58,651 nucleotides of DNA from a virus (Duplodnaviria > Caudoviricetes), in the IMG/VR virus record IMGVR_UViG_3300017909_003206, positions 1-58,651 of that record. One strand, written 5' to 3'. The notes below the pieces were generated by a model. The model saw only the letters and a program-made list of their open reading frames with translations, was not told the origin of the DNA and searched no databases. Every line of letters starts with the position of its first letter. The stretch's first letter is position 1. This document shows, piece by piece, positions 12,901 to 20,631 of the stretch. Made by a program: the position numbers and the translations under genes.

Positions 12901-15900
12901 CGCAAAGGTTCAAGCAAATATAGATGCTAAAGGACAACTAACATCAGTGACTGTATTGAAAAAAGGTCAAAATTATACAAATATTGTATTGACTGTAAGA
13001 CCGTTTAGAGTATTAGTAGATGTAGATGAAACTGCAAATAATAATTGGGCAATATATGAATGGCAGTCTAGTGTAAAAAATTGGACTAGAACTAATACAC
13101 AAACTTATGATGTAAACAGATTTTGGAGATATGCAGATTATATTGTTCCTGATTTTGACAAAGATGAAATAATTGATTACAAATTATCTGCAACCTATGA
13201 ATTGAATACAATAAATCCTGTTTTAGGTGATTTAATTCAAATTGACAACGCCGGAGACGGTAATAAAATGATACTACGTAAAGTAGAAGCAAATGGTAGT
13301 TTTGATGAGAACTATGATTTACTTTACAAAGCAAATAGCACAATACAAATTAACACTAGTATATACAACTATACAGAATTAAATTTTGGTTTTGCTGGAT
13401 TAGAAAACTATGATGACAACTTATTTGATAGTGAACCTATATCTGAAACTAGAAAGGTGTTAGAAACACTTAAAGATAAAATTTTTGTTGATGATCTAAA
13501 AGATAAATGGAATGAATTATTTTTTGTTGCACTACGTTATGTTTTAAGCGAACAAACTTTTGTTGATTGGGCATTTAAAACAAGTTTAATTACAGTAACA
13601 AATGCACTTGGTGGATTTAGTAGAAAAGCAAATTACAAAATCAGTAATCCAGGCTTTATAGAAAGTTATGTAAAAGAAGTTAAACCATATAAAACTGTGG
13701 TAAGAAACTTTGTAAACAGTTACAATCAGTTAGAAAATAACCCTATTGGAAATACAGACTTTGATTTACCAAGTTATTGGGATGATCAAATTAAACAATT
13801 CAAATCTGTTACACTAACAGACGAAAAGATATTTGAACAACCTTATGTAAATTGGTTTGAAAATTACAAGTATAATGTAGGGCGTGTTGATGTTGTGGAA
13901 AAAGGCCAAGGGTATACAGAAGCACCAATTGTAGTTATAAGTGGCGGTAGAACAAACAAACCATCAATAACACAAACAAGTGCATTTAGAAGTCTAGTAA
14001 CAACAGATTACACCGATACAAAGGTTTATATAAAAACTACAAGTATTCCTGATCATGGTTTCCTTAGAAATCCAGGTTCTAACACTGTACTTTCACAAAA
14101 CTTAATATTTGAAATTAACAGAACTCCAGTAGAAGCATTAGACAAAGTCAAAACTCCTTTAGGACCAATTGGCATTGCGGTAAATGGTGTAGTATTTTTT
14201 AATCCACGTGCGGCAATGACAGAAACTAGATCAGGAGTTGAATATGAAGTAAATGCTGTTGACGATCATAACAATCTAAGTATAGATGATGGATCAGGAC
14301 ATCCACAAGAAGATGGAATATATCACTATCATTCTGATCCTAAACTAATGTACACAAAAGACAGTACAACTCATAGTCCTATACTAGGATATGCTTTAGA
14401 TGGATATCCAATATATGGACCGTATGGTTATGATTCTCCAACAGGAAGAAAAGATCCACGTGTTATGCAGTCAAGTTATAGATTAAAAACATCATCACGT
14501 GCAGATGGCAGTACGCCAGATGGTAGATATATTGAAGATTATGAGTTTGTGCAAGGATTAGGTGATTTAGATATACACAACGGTAGAACTTGTAACACAC
14601 CTGAATATCCTAACGGCACTTATGCTTATTTTATAACAGTTGATCCTACAGATACTGATAAACCTGTTTATCCTTATGTGTTAGGACCAACATATTATGG
14701 TGCTACTACATTACCAAATGGAAATAAAACATTACCAGGAGACACAATTATAGATGCAACAGCAACAGCATACGTTTCAAAAGGTATTATTAGAGATATA
14801 GTTTTAACAAATCCTGGTAGCGGCTATGCAAGTGCTCCAACTGTCACACTAGCAGGCGGCGGCGGTACAGATGCTGTTACAAAAACTGCAAAAGCATACG
14901 CAATATTAGAAAATAAAAAAGTTAGAATTAATTCAATCAATATGGCTTTCGACAGATTAAGCAGTAAGAAGATTATACAAACTGAAACTGCGACAGACAC
15001 ATTTACTGCTCTTGCTGGACAAGTTAAATTTAAATTAACATACTTGCCTACTTTAGATAAACGTGAAATTGACATTCAAGTACAGAATGAAACAGTATAT
15101 ATAGAAAACTATGCTGTTAGTATTGTTACAAACACTACTGCTTCATATAAAAAGAAAGAAGGTTACATAATTTTTGACGTACCGCCAACAAAAGGGCAAA
15201 CTGTAACTATTACATATAAAAAATCAATTGACTTGATGCAGGCAACAGATAGAATAGACTATTATTACAAACCAACTGACGGTATGCCAGGCAAAGATCC
15301 TGCACAATTAATGACAGGTGTTGAATATGACGGTGTTCAAGTACAAGGTTTAGAGTTCGATATCAGTGTTGGTTGGGACGGATTACCATGGATGAGTCAT
15401 GGTTGGGATACTTTTGCAGGAGCAAATACTGATTTTGCATTTAGAGCCGACGGAAGTACACAGTCATTTACTTTACCTTATGTACCAGCAAATGGACAAG
15501 AACTGAATATCTACTTTAATGGTATAAGGCAAGATCCAACTAATACACCAACTATTATAGGTGACGGTACAAAAGATACTTTTACCTTAGATGTAGGTGC
15601 TCCAGATGGTACTTTGGTTGTGTTTAGGCAAAAAGAATCAGACGGATCACTAGTTCCAACTGATGTAAACAACATTGACACTATTATAAAAGGTGGAAGT
15701 TTTGATGGCGGAGATGGTAGTACAAAATTATTCAATTACACAACAGCAACAGGACAAAAACCAGAAGATATTAGTTTAGATGGCGACGGTTTTGTAACAG
15801 TAGACACATCACATGCTCCTGAAGAAGTAGTTCCAGGACAAGTATTTGATAGTTTAGCAATGAAAGTTTATAATTCACCTGCAGATGGTTCACCTTTAAT

Positions 15901-17953
15901 TGTTACAAATAGATATTTTGGTAATGCACTTACTAGAAACTATGATTTTGAAATGTATCCTGGAACAGTAGATAGTATTTTTGTCACAGTTGCAGGCAAA
16001 TTACTTGAACCTGCATTTACAGATGAAAATGGTGTAACATCTAACAATGATTATACAATTAATTTTAACACAAAACAAATTACGTTAACTGATGCACCTA
16101 ATACAGGAGAAATTGTTACAATACAAACTCTTAATATTGGTGGTTCAAAAATATTAGAAAGAAGAACATTTATAAATGATGATTCAAGCACTGCATTTGA
16201 TTTAACAGCAAAATTTTCTGATGTGAAATCGGTGTTTGTTACAGCAAACGGAAAACCACAAACAACAAGTTTATCAAAATCATCAACAGGCGGAACTACT
16301 GTAACACTTACTGATCCACCTAATACAATGGCATCAGGCACAGCAATACAAATTGTTGCTCTAAGCAGTAGTGAACAGACTTATAGTGAGATACACAAAG
16401 ATACTATTACTGATGATGGAAGTTCTATGGCATACAGGTTAGAAAAAATTCCTGGAAACATAGGTCCATATCATTCAATGGTTATTGTTGAAGAAAAAGA
16501 TGTTTCAACTGGAACAATAAAAAGATTATTACCGCCGGACACAATTTATTATGTGTCTAATGGTGTAACAAATCAATACCTTGCAACACAAGATCCAGCG
16601 TATGCACAGTTTAGTTTAGCACTTGGTGAAATAGAAGTAAACCTAAACGGTAATAAACTTATTCCTATTAGAGATTACAACTTTGATACACAGACAAATC
16701 TTGTAACATTTAATCAAAACGTACTTACAAGTGGTGATGCTATTGCAATTACAATACTAAGAAATCATGAATATGAAATAAGTGTTACTGGTGATAGTGC
16801 TGGAAGCAGAGAAGCAAACTTAATTATTAAGAAAAATAGATCAAGTTTACCTACTAACACTGAATTTAAAGTTATTTCATTTACAAATCATGATAGTAAC
16901 TTGATTAGAAAAGAAGTTTACACAGGAAAATTAGGCGGAACTTATCCAATATCACGTCCTGCAATAAGTTCAAACTATATTTGGGTAGAAGTTGACGGAG
17001 TGTCTCTAGTTGCTGAAAGAGATTATAAAGTTCTTGACAATAATACAGTGGTAGAAATTGATAATAAGTTCAATATTTTGCCAACAGCAAGAGTTGTTAT
17101 TATGAGTTTCTCAGAAGAAAGAAGTTTTGACTCAATAGGTTACAAAATATTCAACGATATGCTTAATAGAAGTCACTACAAACGTATCAGTGAACAAGAT
17201 TCTACTACATTAGACAAAGTCTTAAACTTAACTGACAAGACAATAACAGTTAAAGATGCAAGTTTCTTACAGACCCCGTCAATAACACAACAGATACCAG
17301 GGGTAATTTGGATTGACAAAGAAAGAATAGAATTTTATACTAAAAAAGGTAATGTATTAGGGCAAATTACACGTGGTACATTAGGCACAGGTACTAAAAC
17401 TACTCATGCTAAAGGAAGTAAAGTATTTGATTATGGACCAAATCAAACTATTCCATACACTGAAACAATAAACACATATTCTAGTATAATTACTAATACT
17501 TTACCTAATGGTACAAAAGATCACGTGTTAGAAACTATTAATATAGCAAGTGGCGTTAATGCACACGATCAAGTTGATGTATATTTAGGTGGAAGAAAAC
17601 TGCAAAAACCTACAGTGTCTAGTAATCCTATTAAAAAACACAATGTTGAGATTGCTTTTGACAGTAATGAAACTAATAGTGCAGGAGTTTCAAGTGATGT
17701 TGAGCAAATAGCAGAATTTACTATTGAACCAGTTGCAGATTCAACAGGTAAAAACTATTATAAATTAGTATTAAGAGATGAACCTCAACTAGGATTAGAA
17801 CTTAAAGTAGTACAAAAACAGGGCAAAGTATGGTACGAACAAGGCGTTAATAGTGCGTCTACAGGCACCACACTCCAACGTGCGGAAACGGCACAAGCGA
17901 AGTTCTTGCTAGAAAGAACCAGTGGCTTGCCTGTAATAAATATTAGGGAGTAA
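3962..17953 (+). CDS. Giant multidomain virion structural protein (4663 aa; baseplate wedge gp7-like position)
   Basis: A single uninterrupted ORF overlapping the gp6-like stop (TAATG). It has a cupredoxin-like segment, two CBM5/12-like 'W....Y..G..V.Y....Y' modules, FG-GAP-like repeats, 'G.GY..AP.V.I.GG' repeats and a YHYH domain. Confidence 0.8.
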   Translation: MAYSENENTPVNAQNKDKYRNSSDLLPLFFRTEANKKFLGATLDPLISKGQLERVNGFVGSRASKSALPEDRYLPEPTSNRRRYNVLPSLVIRDEFDDRTDWLATYDDLINQLDFFNADTSNHDRMFANNYYAWNPHIDFDKIANYRQYYWLPQGPSPVTVTGNADGTISSFAVTNNAQGAYVFTPDGTSDNPVIKLYRGATYKFEINAPGHPFYIKLAKTVGSTDAYSEGITGNGTDSGTVVFTVPKGAPDILYYACGNHQSMQGIFEIKNAEDELAINITSEILGKAEYTSTNGVKFTNGLKVNFTGNVTPTSYRDKNYYVEGVGTGIKLLPVSEFDTPEGYSQNFDYEFDVDEFDAKPYDDAEATPQNPEYVTINRCAIDKNPWTRYNRWFHREIVELTAKYNNTNVVLDENFRAKRPIIEFVPGIQLHNFATEGLGNVDVIDTVTTDAFSEIEGHIGYYVDGVDLEEGMRVTFNADPDITVKGKIYTVRFISHGNKSRLHLEESDVPLSGQGIVVNSGKINKGTSWYFDGTNWIKGQQKTSINQAPLFQLYDADGISFNDTKYGLNFTGNELVSYKQGEGANDPVLGFPIEYQNVSNIGDIVFEFDWDDKNFTYSDGTKNVVQDTASGLVKVNSSLTNSVYESGWSLVKENSRQRILQINDTNQSTPFLEITCIQDPGIWLKGSDITVDIGGTCLKSTTGFTTRKDVETGKRLFLDFVTPVESNQRIVAKITTDRLPNDQGYYEPPVNLVNNSENNDLRTFTLGSVTDHVNTIFSNDTRITGKFNANSNARDIKDLYKSGNRYVKHKGSLLPALFGLVDSETNVIKSIRKHALDYNVFKQQFIEVFDQVEISGLPRDDVDTILYKMSQNKNPQSPYFYSDMAGYGRSLIKLEYKVDTFEQQIFGIQNNFKLNEVSNRSVYVYHNGLHLVNEKDYVFDPVDSTVELKVKTKIGDSVVVYEYETLGNVIPSTPTKLGLYKKYVPKKYTDKTYINDTEIILGHDGSKTVAYGDYRDDIVLELEKRIYNNIKVEYNRNVFDNNEFIPGGFRKTEIDEEVWNKHNQEDFQYWANLYEIEYLKNDTSVEGEIFSYNYATGQDTVNNNKLPGYWRAIYKKFFDTDIPHTAPWEMLGYSIEPTWWNERYGSAPYTSGNEILWHDLEKGYDYGTRSINPTYSRPGLSKVLPVNEYGELLSPVECNLVSNFITTNLGVDWKFGDQGPSEYAWRSSSWYPFAEQIALILTKPALYLTSLFDTSQNKINLSENLIYKDTQKIIDFTDVKIHNLLYNDIRYFGSGYHVFVVDYLKSKSQDVKTGYHDRLTNTSMNLTYKTGAFVNKERLRVLLESSNPNQPDKSIFLPEENYEIAFRKSNPVYTARMSGVVVEVTDKGYKVKGYDKYQPVFNIYKPIASQSDRAEVVGGVSANFIIWQQNKFYGVGQIVQYDGRYYRVKTDHTSTESFDGSKYSTLSELPLTGGASVTVPTRFEETITPIPYHTELATKQDVYDLLLGYEQYLKSIGFDFDNKVDEIDTIGDWKLSGKEFLYWTTQGWNKGSLITLSPFAKKVSFTFGTGQVDNVLDSFYEYSIYDASGNIIPRSNISTTRESSKFTIKPVDTNLGLYNVQLNLVQKEHVLVLDDKTIFGDIIYDQEAGYRQERVKLVGFKTTEWDGDLFSPGFVYDEAKISPWAPFRDYNLGDVVYFKTKYYSAKRFLPGTEVFDYTDWTYLERQPTAELLPNLDFRISNFEDFYNLDTETFDDATTQLSQHLIGYQKRLYLDNLIQDTTAQYKFYQGFIKEKGTKNAIDKVARLKIDDVQTDVQYDEEWAFKVGSLGSTSTVKEIEFTLDEKENLDNPQAYDFVSAVTTNTAPGNNIQLLANKISVKPSDYDNNPWPVTKLDATAGITSDYINKLPVAGFPRLDDIPTTSFSYDDLVGSNIINALDDGDLIWVAKDKDTKWNVYQLNAIPARLIQTDDINTGFTEDEITLFTDVPHGLIKDQIISIKNFSEDVDNVYLIKEILSTTSFKVSGGDARGRVDDSATGQILEFNSTRVTQPDNINDIKNVSKITPGTLVYADDDGTGKWAVYEKINAFTENKWGAPNQLANQTFGSQIVTANAGRTIVVSAPTFGDEGQVYVLNREFNTDISTLTTTQGFAVSFNESDNIVTGKGLGSSLAISNDGTVLAAGSPKASNFKATDDSSRVGFRVSVGDFTIDPDTYTREGVVTLHTYNTEDNVFKLNYVIGSSDPQNDAHFGESILVSNNKLLVGAPGYNTKQGKVFIYDKVTQADGSTLDWELSKYHTLSIPNSRDGDLFGTAMAGNKDLSLIAITAPGVELVGDDSSSNKGAVYIYKLVSNDYQLVQTISPSNFSEIKTGDEFGYAVAMSENGNTLVVSAPYNDSGNINSGAVYYFKRTSSDSSVEQYTYQQTILSPQTELEEKFGGNIAVNPKGDSIAIWSEHGRNVLTTTFDKFTKFDDSTLTNTNAQTTFDANSMKVVDENYASGTVFTYSLLNTKFVFGQKVNSETLKSFDRFGKGLSYTENALMVGAPNHKTDTINNIGALWVYQKVKTGGWNKLRVQEDPTDPYSVKKILTYNTTNNKVKDFFETIDPVKGKIPALAEAEITYKTDVDPASYTKGTGIVTVQPITSWTETHVGEVWWDTSTVRYVWYEQGDTEYRKSNWGTIFPGSSIDVYEWVETDLLPSEWTEISATQQGTILGVSGTPKYGDDTLVQKNIYNTQTGAFETRYYYWVKNKVSVPSVSNRNLPTIEVAKIIEDPQAYGIKSVQLLAKNALSISNVKTTLIDSDININIQYRNIETDLPEHNEWKLIGEKQTKKIDDRLLVKKLIDSAVGYDSQGNTVPDTALPNTKKYGIQIRPRQSMFVNRLDALKTIVTYANEVMAANRIVDTKDISDLSDKDPKPSATSGKWDKQVDDFGEVSEIGTQLLEQATCTGQLENGRLQSVTITNDGFGYMKAPEVIITGDGTGAKVQANIDAKGQLTSVTVLKKGQNYTNIVLTVRPFRVLVDVDETANNNWAIYEWQSSVKNWTRTNTQTYDVNRFWRYADYIVPDFDKDEIIDYKLSATYELNTINPVLGDLIQIDNAGDGNKMILRKVEANGSFDENYDLLYKANSTIQINTSIYNYTELNFGFAGLENYDDNLFDSEPISETRKVLETLKDKIFVDDLKDKWNELFFVALRYVLSEQTFVDWAFKTSLITVTNALGGFSRKANYKISNPGFIESYVKEVKPYKTVVRNFVNSYNQLENNPIGNTDFDLPSYWDDQIKQFKSVTLTDEKIFEQPYVNWFENYKYNVGRVDVVEKGQGYTEAPIVVISGGRTNKPSITQTSAFRSLVTTDYTDTKVYIKTTSIPDHGFLRNPGSNTVLSQNLIFEINRTPVEALDKVKTPLGPIGIAVNGVVFFNPRAAMTETRSGVEYEVNAVDDHNNLSIDDGSGHPQEDGIYHYHSDPKLMYTKDSTTHSPILGYALDGYPIYGPYGYDSPTGRKDPRVMQSSYRLKTSSRADGSTPDGRYIEDYEFVQGLGDLDIHNGRTCNTPEYPNGTYAYFITVDPTDTDKPVYPYVLGPTYYGATTLPNGNKTLPGDTIIDATATAYVSKGIIRDIVLTNPGSGYASAPTVTLAGGGGTDAVTKTAKAYAILENKKVRINSINMAFDRLSSKKIIQTETATDTFTALAGQVKFKLTYLPTLDKREIDIQVQNETVYIENYAVSIVTNTTASYKKKEGYIIFDVPPTKGQTVTITYKKSIDLMQATDRIDYYYKPTDGMPGKDPAQLMTGVEYDGVQVQGLEFDISVGWDGLPWMSHGWDTFAGANTDFAFRADGSTQSFTLPYVPANGQELNIYFNGIRQDPTNTPTIIGDGTKDTFTLDVGAPDGTLVVFRQKESDGSLVPTDVNNIDTIIKGGSFDGGDGSTKLFNYTTATGQKPEDISLDGDGFVTVDTSHAPEEVVPGQVFDSLAMKVYNSPADGSPLIVTNRYFGNALTRNYDFEMYPGTVDSIFVTVAGKLLEPAFTDENGVTSNNDYTINFNTKQITLTDAPNTGEIVTIQTLNIGGSKILERRTFINDDSSTAFDLTAKFSDVKSVFVTANGKPQTTSLSKSSTGGTTVTLTDPPNTMASGTAIQIVALSSSEQTYSEIHKDTITDDGSSMAYRLEKIPGNIGPYHSMVIVEEKDVSTGTIKRLLPPDTIYYVSNGVTNQYLATQDPAYAQFSLALGEIEVNLNGNKLIPIRDYNFDTQTNLVTFNQNVLTSGDAIAITILRNHEYEISVTGDSAGSREANLIIKKNRSSLPTNTEFKVISFTNHDSNLIRKEVYTGKLGGTYPISRPAISSNYIWVEVDGVSLVAERDYKVLDNNTVVEIDNKFNILPTARVVIMSFSEERSFDSIGYKIFNDMLNRSHYKRISEQDSTTLDKVLNLTDKTITVKDASFLQTPSITQQIPGVIWIDKERIEFYTKKGNVLGQITRGTLGTGTKTTHAKGSKVFDYGPNQTIPYTETINTYSSIITNTLPNGTKDHVLETINIASGVNAHDQVDVYLGGRKLQKPTVSSNPIKKHNVEIAFDSNETNSAGVSSDVEQIAEFTIEPVADSTGKNYYKLVLRDEPQLGLELKVVQKQGKVWYEQGVNSASTGTTLQRAETAQAKFLLERTSGLPVINIRE
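17937..17942 (+). promoter_or_regulatory. Late-promoter-like TAAATA
   Basis: ATAAATA is followed by a GGGAG RBS and the ATG at 17957. Confidence 0.4.
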
Positions 17954-17956
17954 CCA

Positions 17957-18607
17957 ATGTCAGATAAGGATAAAACAGAGAAACAAATGATTCAAAAGCC
18001 AAATGAAAATCAGGGTGTATTAATGGAAGGTCATATCAAGATCTTTGACCCTGAAACTAAAAAAGTTTATATAGATAAAAGAAATGCTATTCACTATGAG
18101 AATATGAGTATTTCTCTAGCGGAATCTTTAGGTAATGAAGGAAAAGGTAACATCGTTGAAATGGCTTTTGGTAACGGTGGAACTACTGTTGATCCAACAG
18201 GAATTATAACTTATTTGACACCTAATAATGTTGGTGTAAATGCTAGTTTATATAATCAAACGTATTATAAAACAGTAGATGACAACAATGTAAACAATAC
18301 AGACCCTAGTAGAAATTTTATAGAAACCAGACATACACTAGGAACAACATATACAGACATCCTAGTAAGTTGTTTGCTAGATTACGGTGAGCCAAGCGGA
18401 CAACAAGCATTTGATAACTCAACTGATATGGATGGAAATTTTGTATTTGATGAACTTGGTCTAAAAGCATACAATCCAACGGGTGCAAACATAGGTAGAT
18501 TACTAACTCACGTTGTTTTCCACCCAGTACAAAAATCATTAAACAGGTTAATACAAATTGATTATACTATTAGAGTACAAAGTTTGACAAATATAAGTGA
18601 GATTTAA
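17957..18607 (+). CDS. Conserved baseplate/tail structural protein
   Basis: Located in the structural operon, with the 'N.I......FG.GG...FDELGL....L.THV.F.PV.KS.NR.I.I.Y' pattern of phage tail-associated proteins. Confidence 0.6.
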   Translation: MSDKDKTEKQMIQKPNENQGVLMEGHIKIFDPETKKVYIDKRNAIHYENMSISLAESLGNEGKGNIVEMAFGNGGTTVDPTGIITYLTPNNVGVNASLYNQTYYKTVDDNNVNNTDPSRNFIETRHTLGTTYTDILVSCLLDYGEPSGQQAFDNSTDMDGNFVFDELGLKAYNPTGANIGRLLTHVVFHPVQKSLNRLIQIDYTIRVQSLTNISEI

Positions 18608-18609
18608 TT

Positions 18610-20631
18610 ATGGCATATAACGTAAATTTTACTGACAGCATTAATAAGAATCCAATTGTTGTTGACGACAACAGTTCGAACATTGTTGACTCTTCATTAA
18701 CTTTTATTGGACGTAATACAGCAAGTTATGGTCAAGCAATATCAGAAAATTTTTTGCATGTTTTAGAAAACTTTGCAAACACTACACCACCAAACAATCC
18801 TATTGAAGGTCAATTATGGTTTGATAGTGGTACTAACAGATTAAAAATTAATGACTCAACAGCAGGAGCAAGTAATTGGAGACCAGCAGGCGGAGTACAT
18901 GTTGAAGCAACAGAACCAAGCAATCCATTGTCAGGTGATATTTGGGTAGATACAACAAACAATCAATTATATCTTTATACCGGTTCACAGTTTCAATTAG
19001 TAGGACCAAACTTTGCAGGAGGACTAAAAGCAGGTGCTCAAGCAGAAGAAGTTGTTGATACAGAAAATATAACACACACTGTTATAAAAAACTATGTTGC
19101 AGACAAAGTTGTTACAATTATTTCAAAAGATCAATTTATACCAAGACAAAAAATTGAAGGCTTTGTAGAAATATTTCCAGGTATTAATATTTCAACTACA
19201 GATTTCAACAATAACGGAATTGTTTTAAACAAATTACATGCAACCGCAACTAAGGCAGACGCATTAAACGTTACGCAACCAGCAATAGAAACTGTAAATG
19301 CAAATAACTTTTTAAGATCAGATATTACAGATACTACAAACGGACAGTTGTTTATTAGAAATGATGGTGGCTTGACAATTGGTTCAAATCAGATTTTTAA
19401 CTTAGAAATTGCAAGTAATAATATAGTAATGAAAAATAATTCATTAGATGGAAATATAGACTTCAAAGTTTTCCCAGAAGCAGATAGAGATGTTATTACA
19501 GTAATGCGAGTTGATGGAAGAAACAAACGTGTAGGTATAAACCAAGTTTCTCCAGCAGTAGCATTAGATGTTACTGGTTCAGGACATTTTACAGATCAAT
19601 TACAACTTGCGGCAACACAAGATTCAACCTCAACTACTACAGGTGCTTTAAAAATCTCAGGTGGGGCAGGAATTGCTAAAAACTTATATGTAGGTGGAAA
19701 TGCAAACTTCCAAGGACACATTCAAGTAGGTGAAATTGGTAGTGGTACAGTTGCAATACAACCAACAGCAACATCAGGCAACACTTTTGACGGTCAACTT
19801 GATATTGGCCAACCAACAAACAAATTTAGAAATATATATTCAGAAACGTTTACAGGCAGACTTGTTGGTACAATGGTTGGAGACGTATTTGGTAATGTTA
19901 ATGGTACAGCAGATAGACTTGTAGCATCAACTGTTTTTAAAGTAGGCGGACATGTTGCAGACGCAACAGGGTTTAGTTTTGACGGTCAGACAGGTGGAGC
20001 AGAGAAAACTTTTAATGTTACTTTGACACAAGATGCAATCAGTGGACAAACAGAAGCAACTGATAATGAAAATGCAGACGAATTATTAATTGTTAGAGCA
20101 GGTCAAGGACTAAGACGTACTAAAAGACAAAACTTTTTTGCAGGTGCTTCCCTAGTTCCAGTAGGAGCAGTTATGCCATACGCAGGACCAATTGCTTCAT
20201 TAAGTGATTTGCCAACAGGATATTTGTTGTGTGATGGTTCAGAAGTACCACAAGGATTATATCCTGATTTGTATGCAGTAATAGGAACAACTTTTGGTGC
20301 TGGTATAAATCCAAGCACATTCAAACTGCCAGATCTACGTGGTAGATTCCCACTAGGTTTAGATAACATGGATAACGGAACAACAGTTAATGATGTTAGT
20401 GGTGTACCAGTTGATGCAGGCGGCGGCGTTGCAAACAGAGTGACAAATACAAGTGCAAGATCACTAGGTGGAAGTTCTGGTAGTGAAACTGTAGAAACAG
20501 ATAACGTTGCTTTTGGAAGCGGAACACAGTTCCAGGGTGGAACAGGTAGTGGACCATTTGAAAACCTTAACGTAATGAATCCTTACTTGGCTTTACATTA
20601 CATAATTAGATCAGGGGAGCCTGCCGCATAA
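18610..20631 (+). CDS. Tail fibre protein 1, with C-terminal tail-collar domain
   Basis: Has the shared N-terminal module. 'PVGAVMPYAG...PTGYLLCDG.....YPDLYAVIG..FG......F.LPDLRGRFP.G' and 'N.MNPYLAL.YII' form a phage tail-collar domain. Confidence 0.85.
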   Translation: MAYNVNFTDSINKNPIVVDDNSSNIVDSSLTFIGRNTASYGQAISENFLHVLENFANTTPPNNPIEGQLWFDSGTNRLKINDSTAGASNWRPAGGVHVEATEPSNPLSGDIWVDTTNNQLYLYTGSQFQLVGPNFAGGLKAGAQAEEVVDTENITHTVIKNYVADKVVTIISKDQFIPRQKIEGFVEIFPGINISTTDFNNNGIVLNKLHATATKADALNVTQPAIETVNANNFLRSDITDTTNGQLFIRNDGGLTIGSNQIFNLEIASNNIVMKNNSLDGNIDFKVFPEADRDVITVMRVDGRNKRVGINQVSPAVALDVTGSGHFTDQLQLAATQDSTSTTTGALKISGGAGIAKNLYVGGNANFQGHIQVGEIGSGTVAIQPTATSGNTFDGQLDIGQPTNKFRNIYSETFTGRLVGTMVGDVFGNVNGTADRLVASTVFKVGGHVADATGFSFDGQTGGAEKTFNVTLTQDAISGQTEATDNENADELLIVRAGQGLRRTKRQNFFAGASLVPVGAVMPYAGPIASLSDLPTGYLLCDGSEVPQGLYPDLYAVIGTTFGAGINPSTFKLPDLRGRFPLGLDNMDNGTTVNDVSGVPVDAGGGVANRVTNTSARSLGGSSGSETVETDNVAFGSGTQFQGGTGSGPFENLNVMNPYLALHYIIRSGEPAA

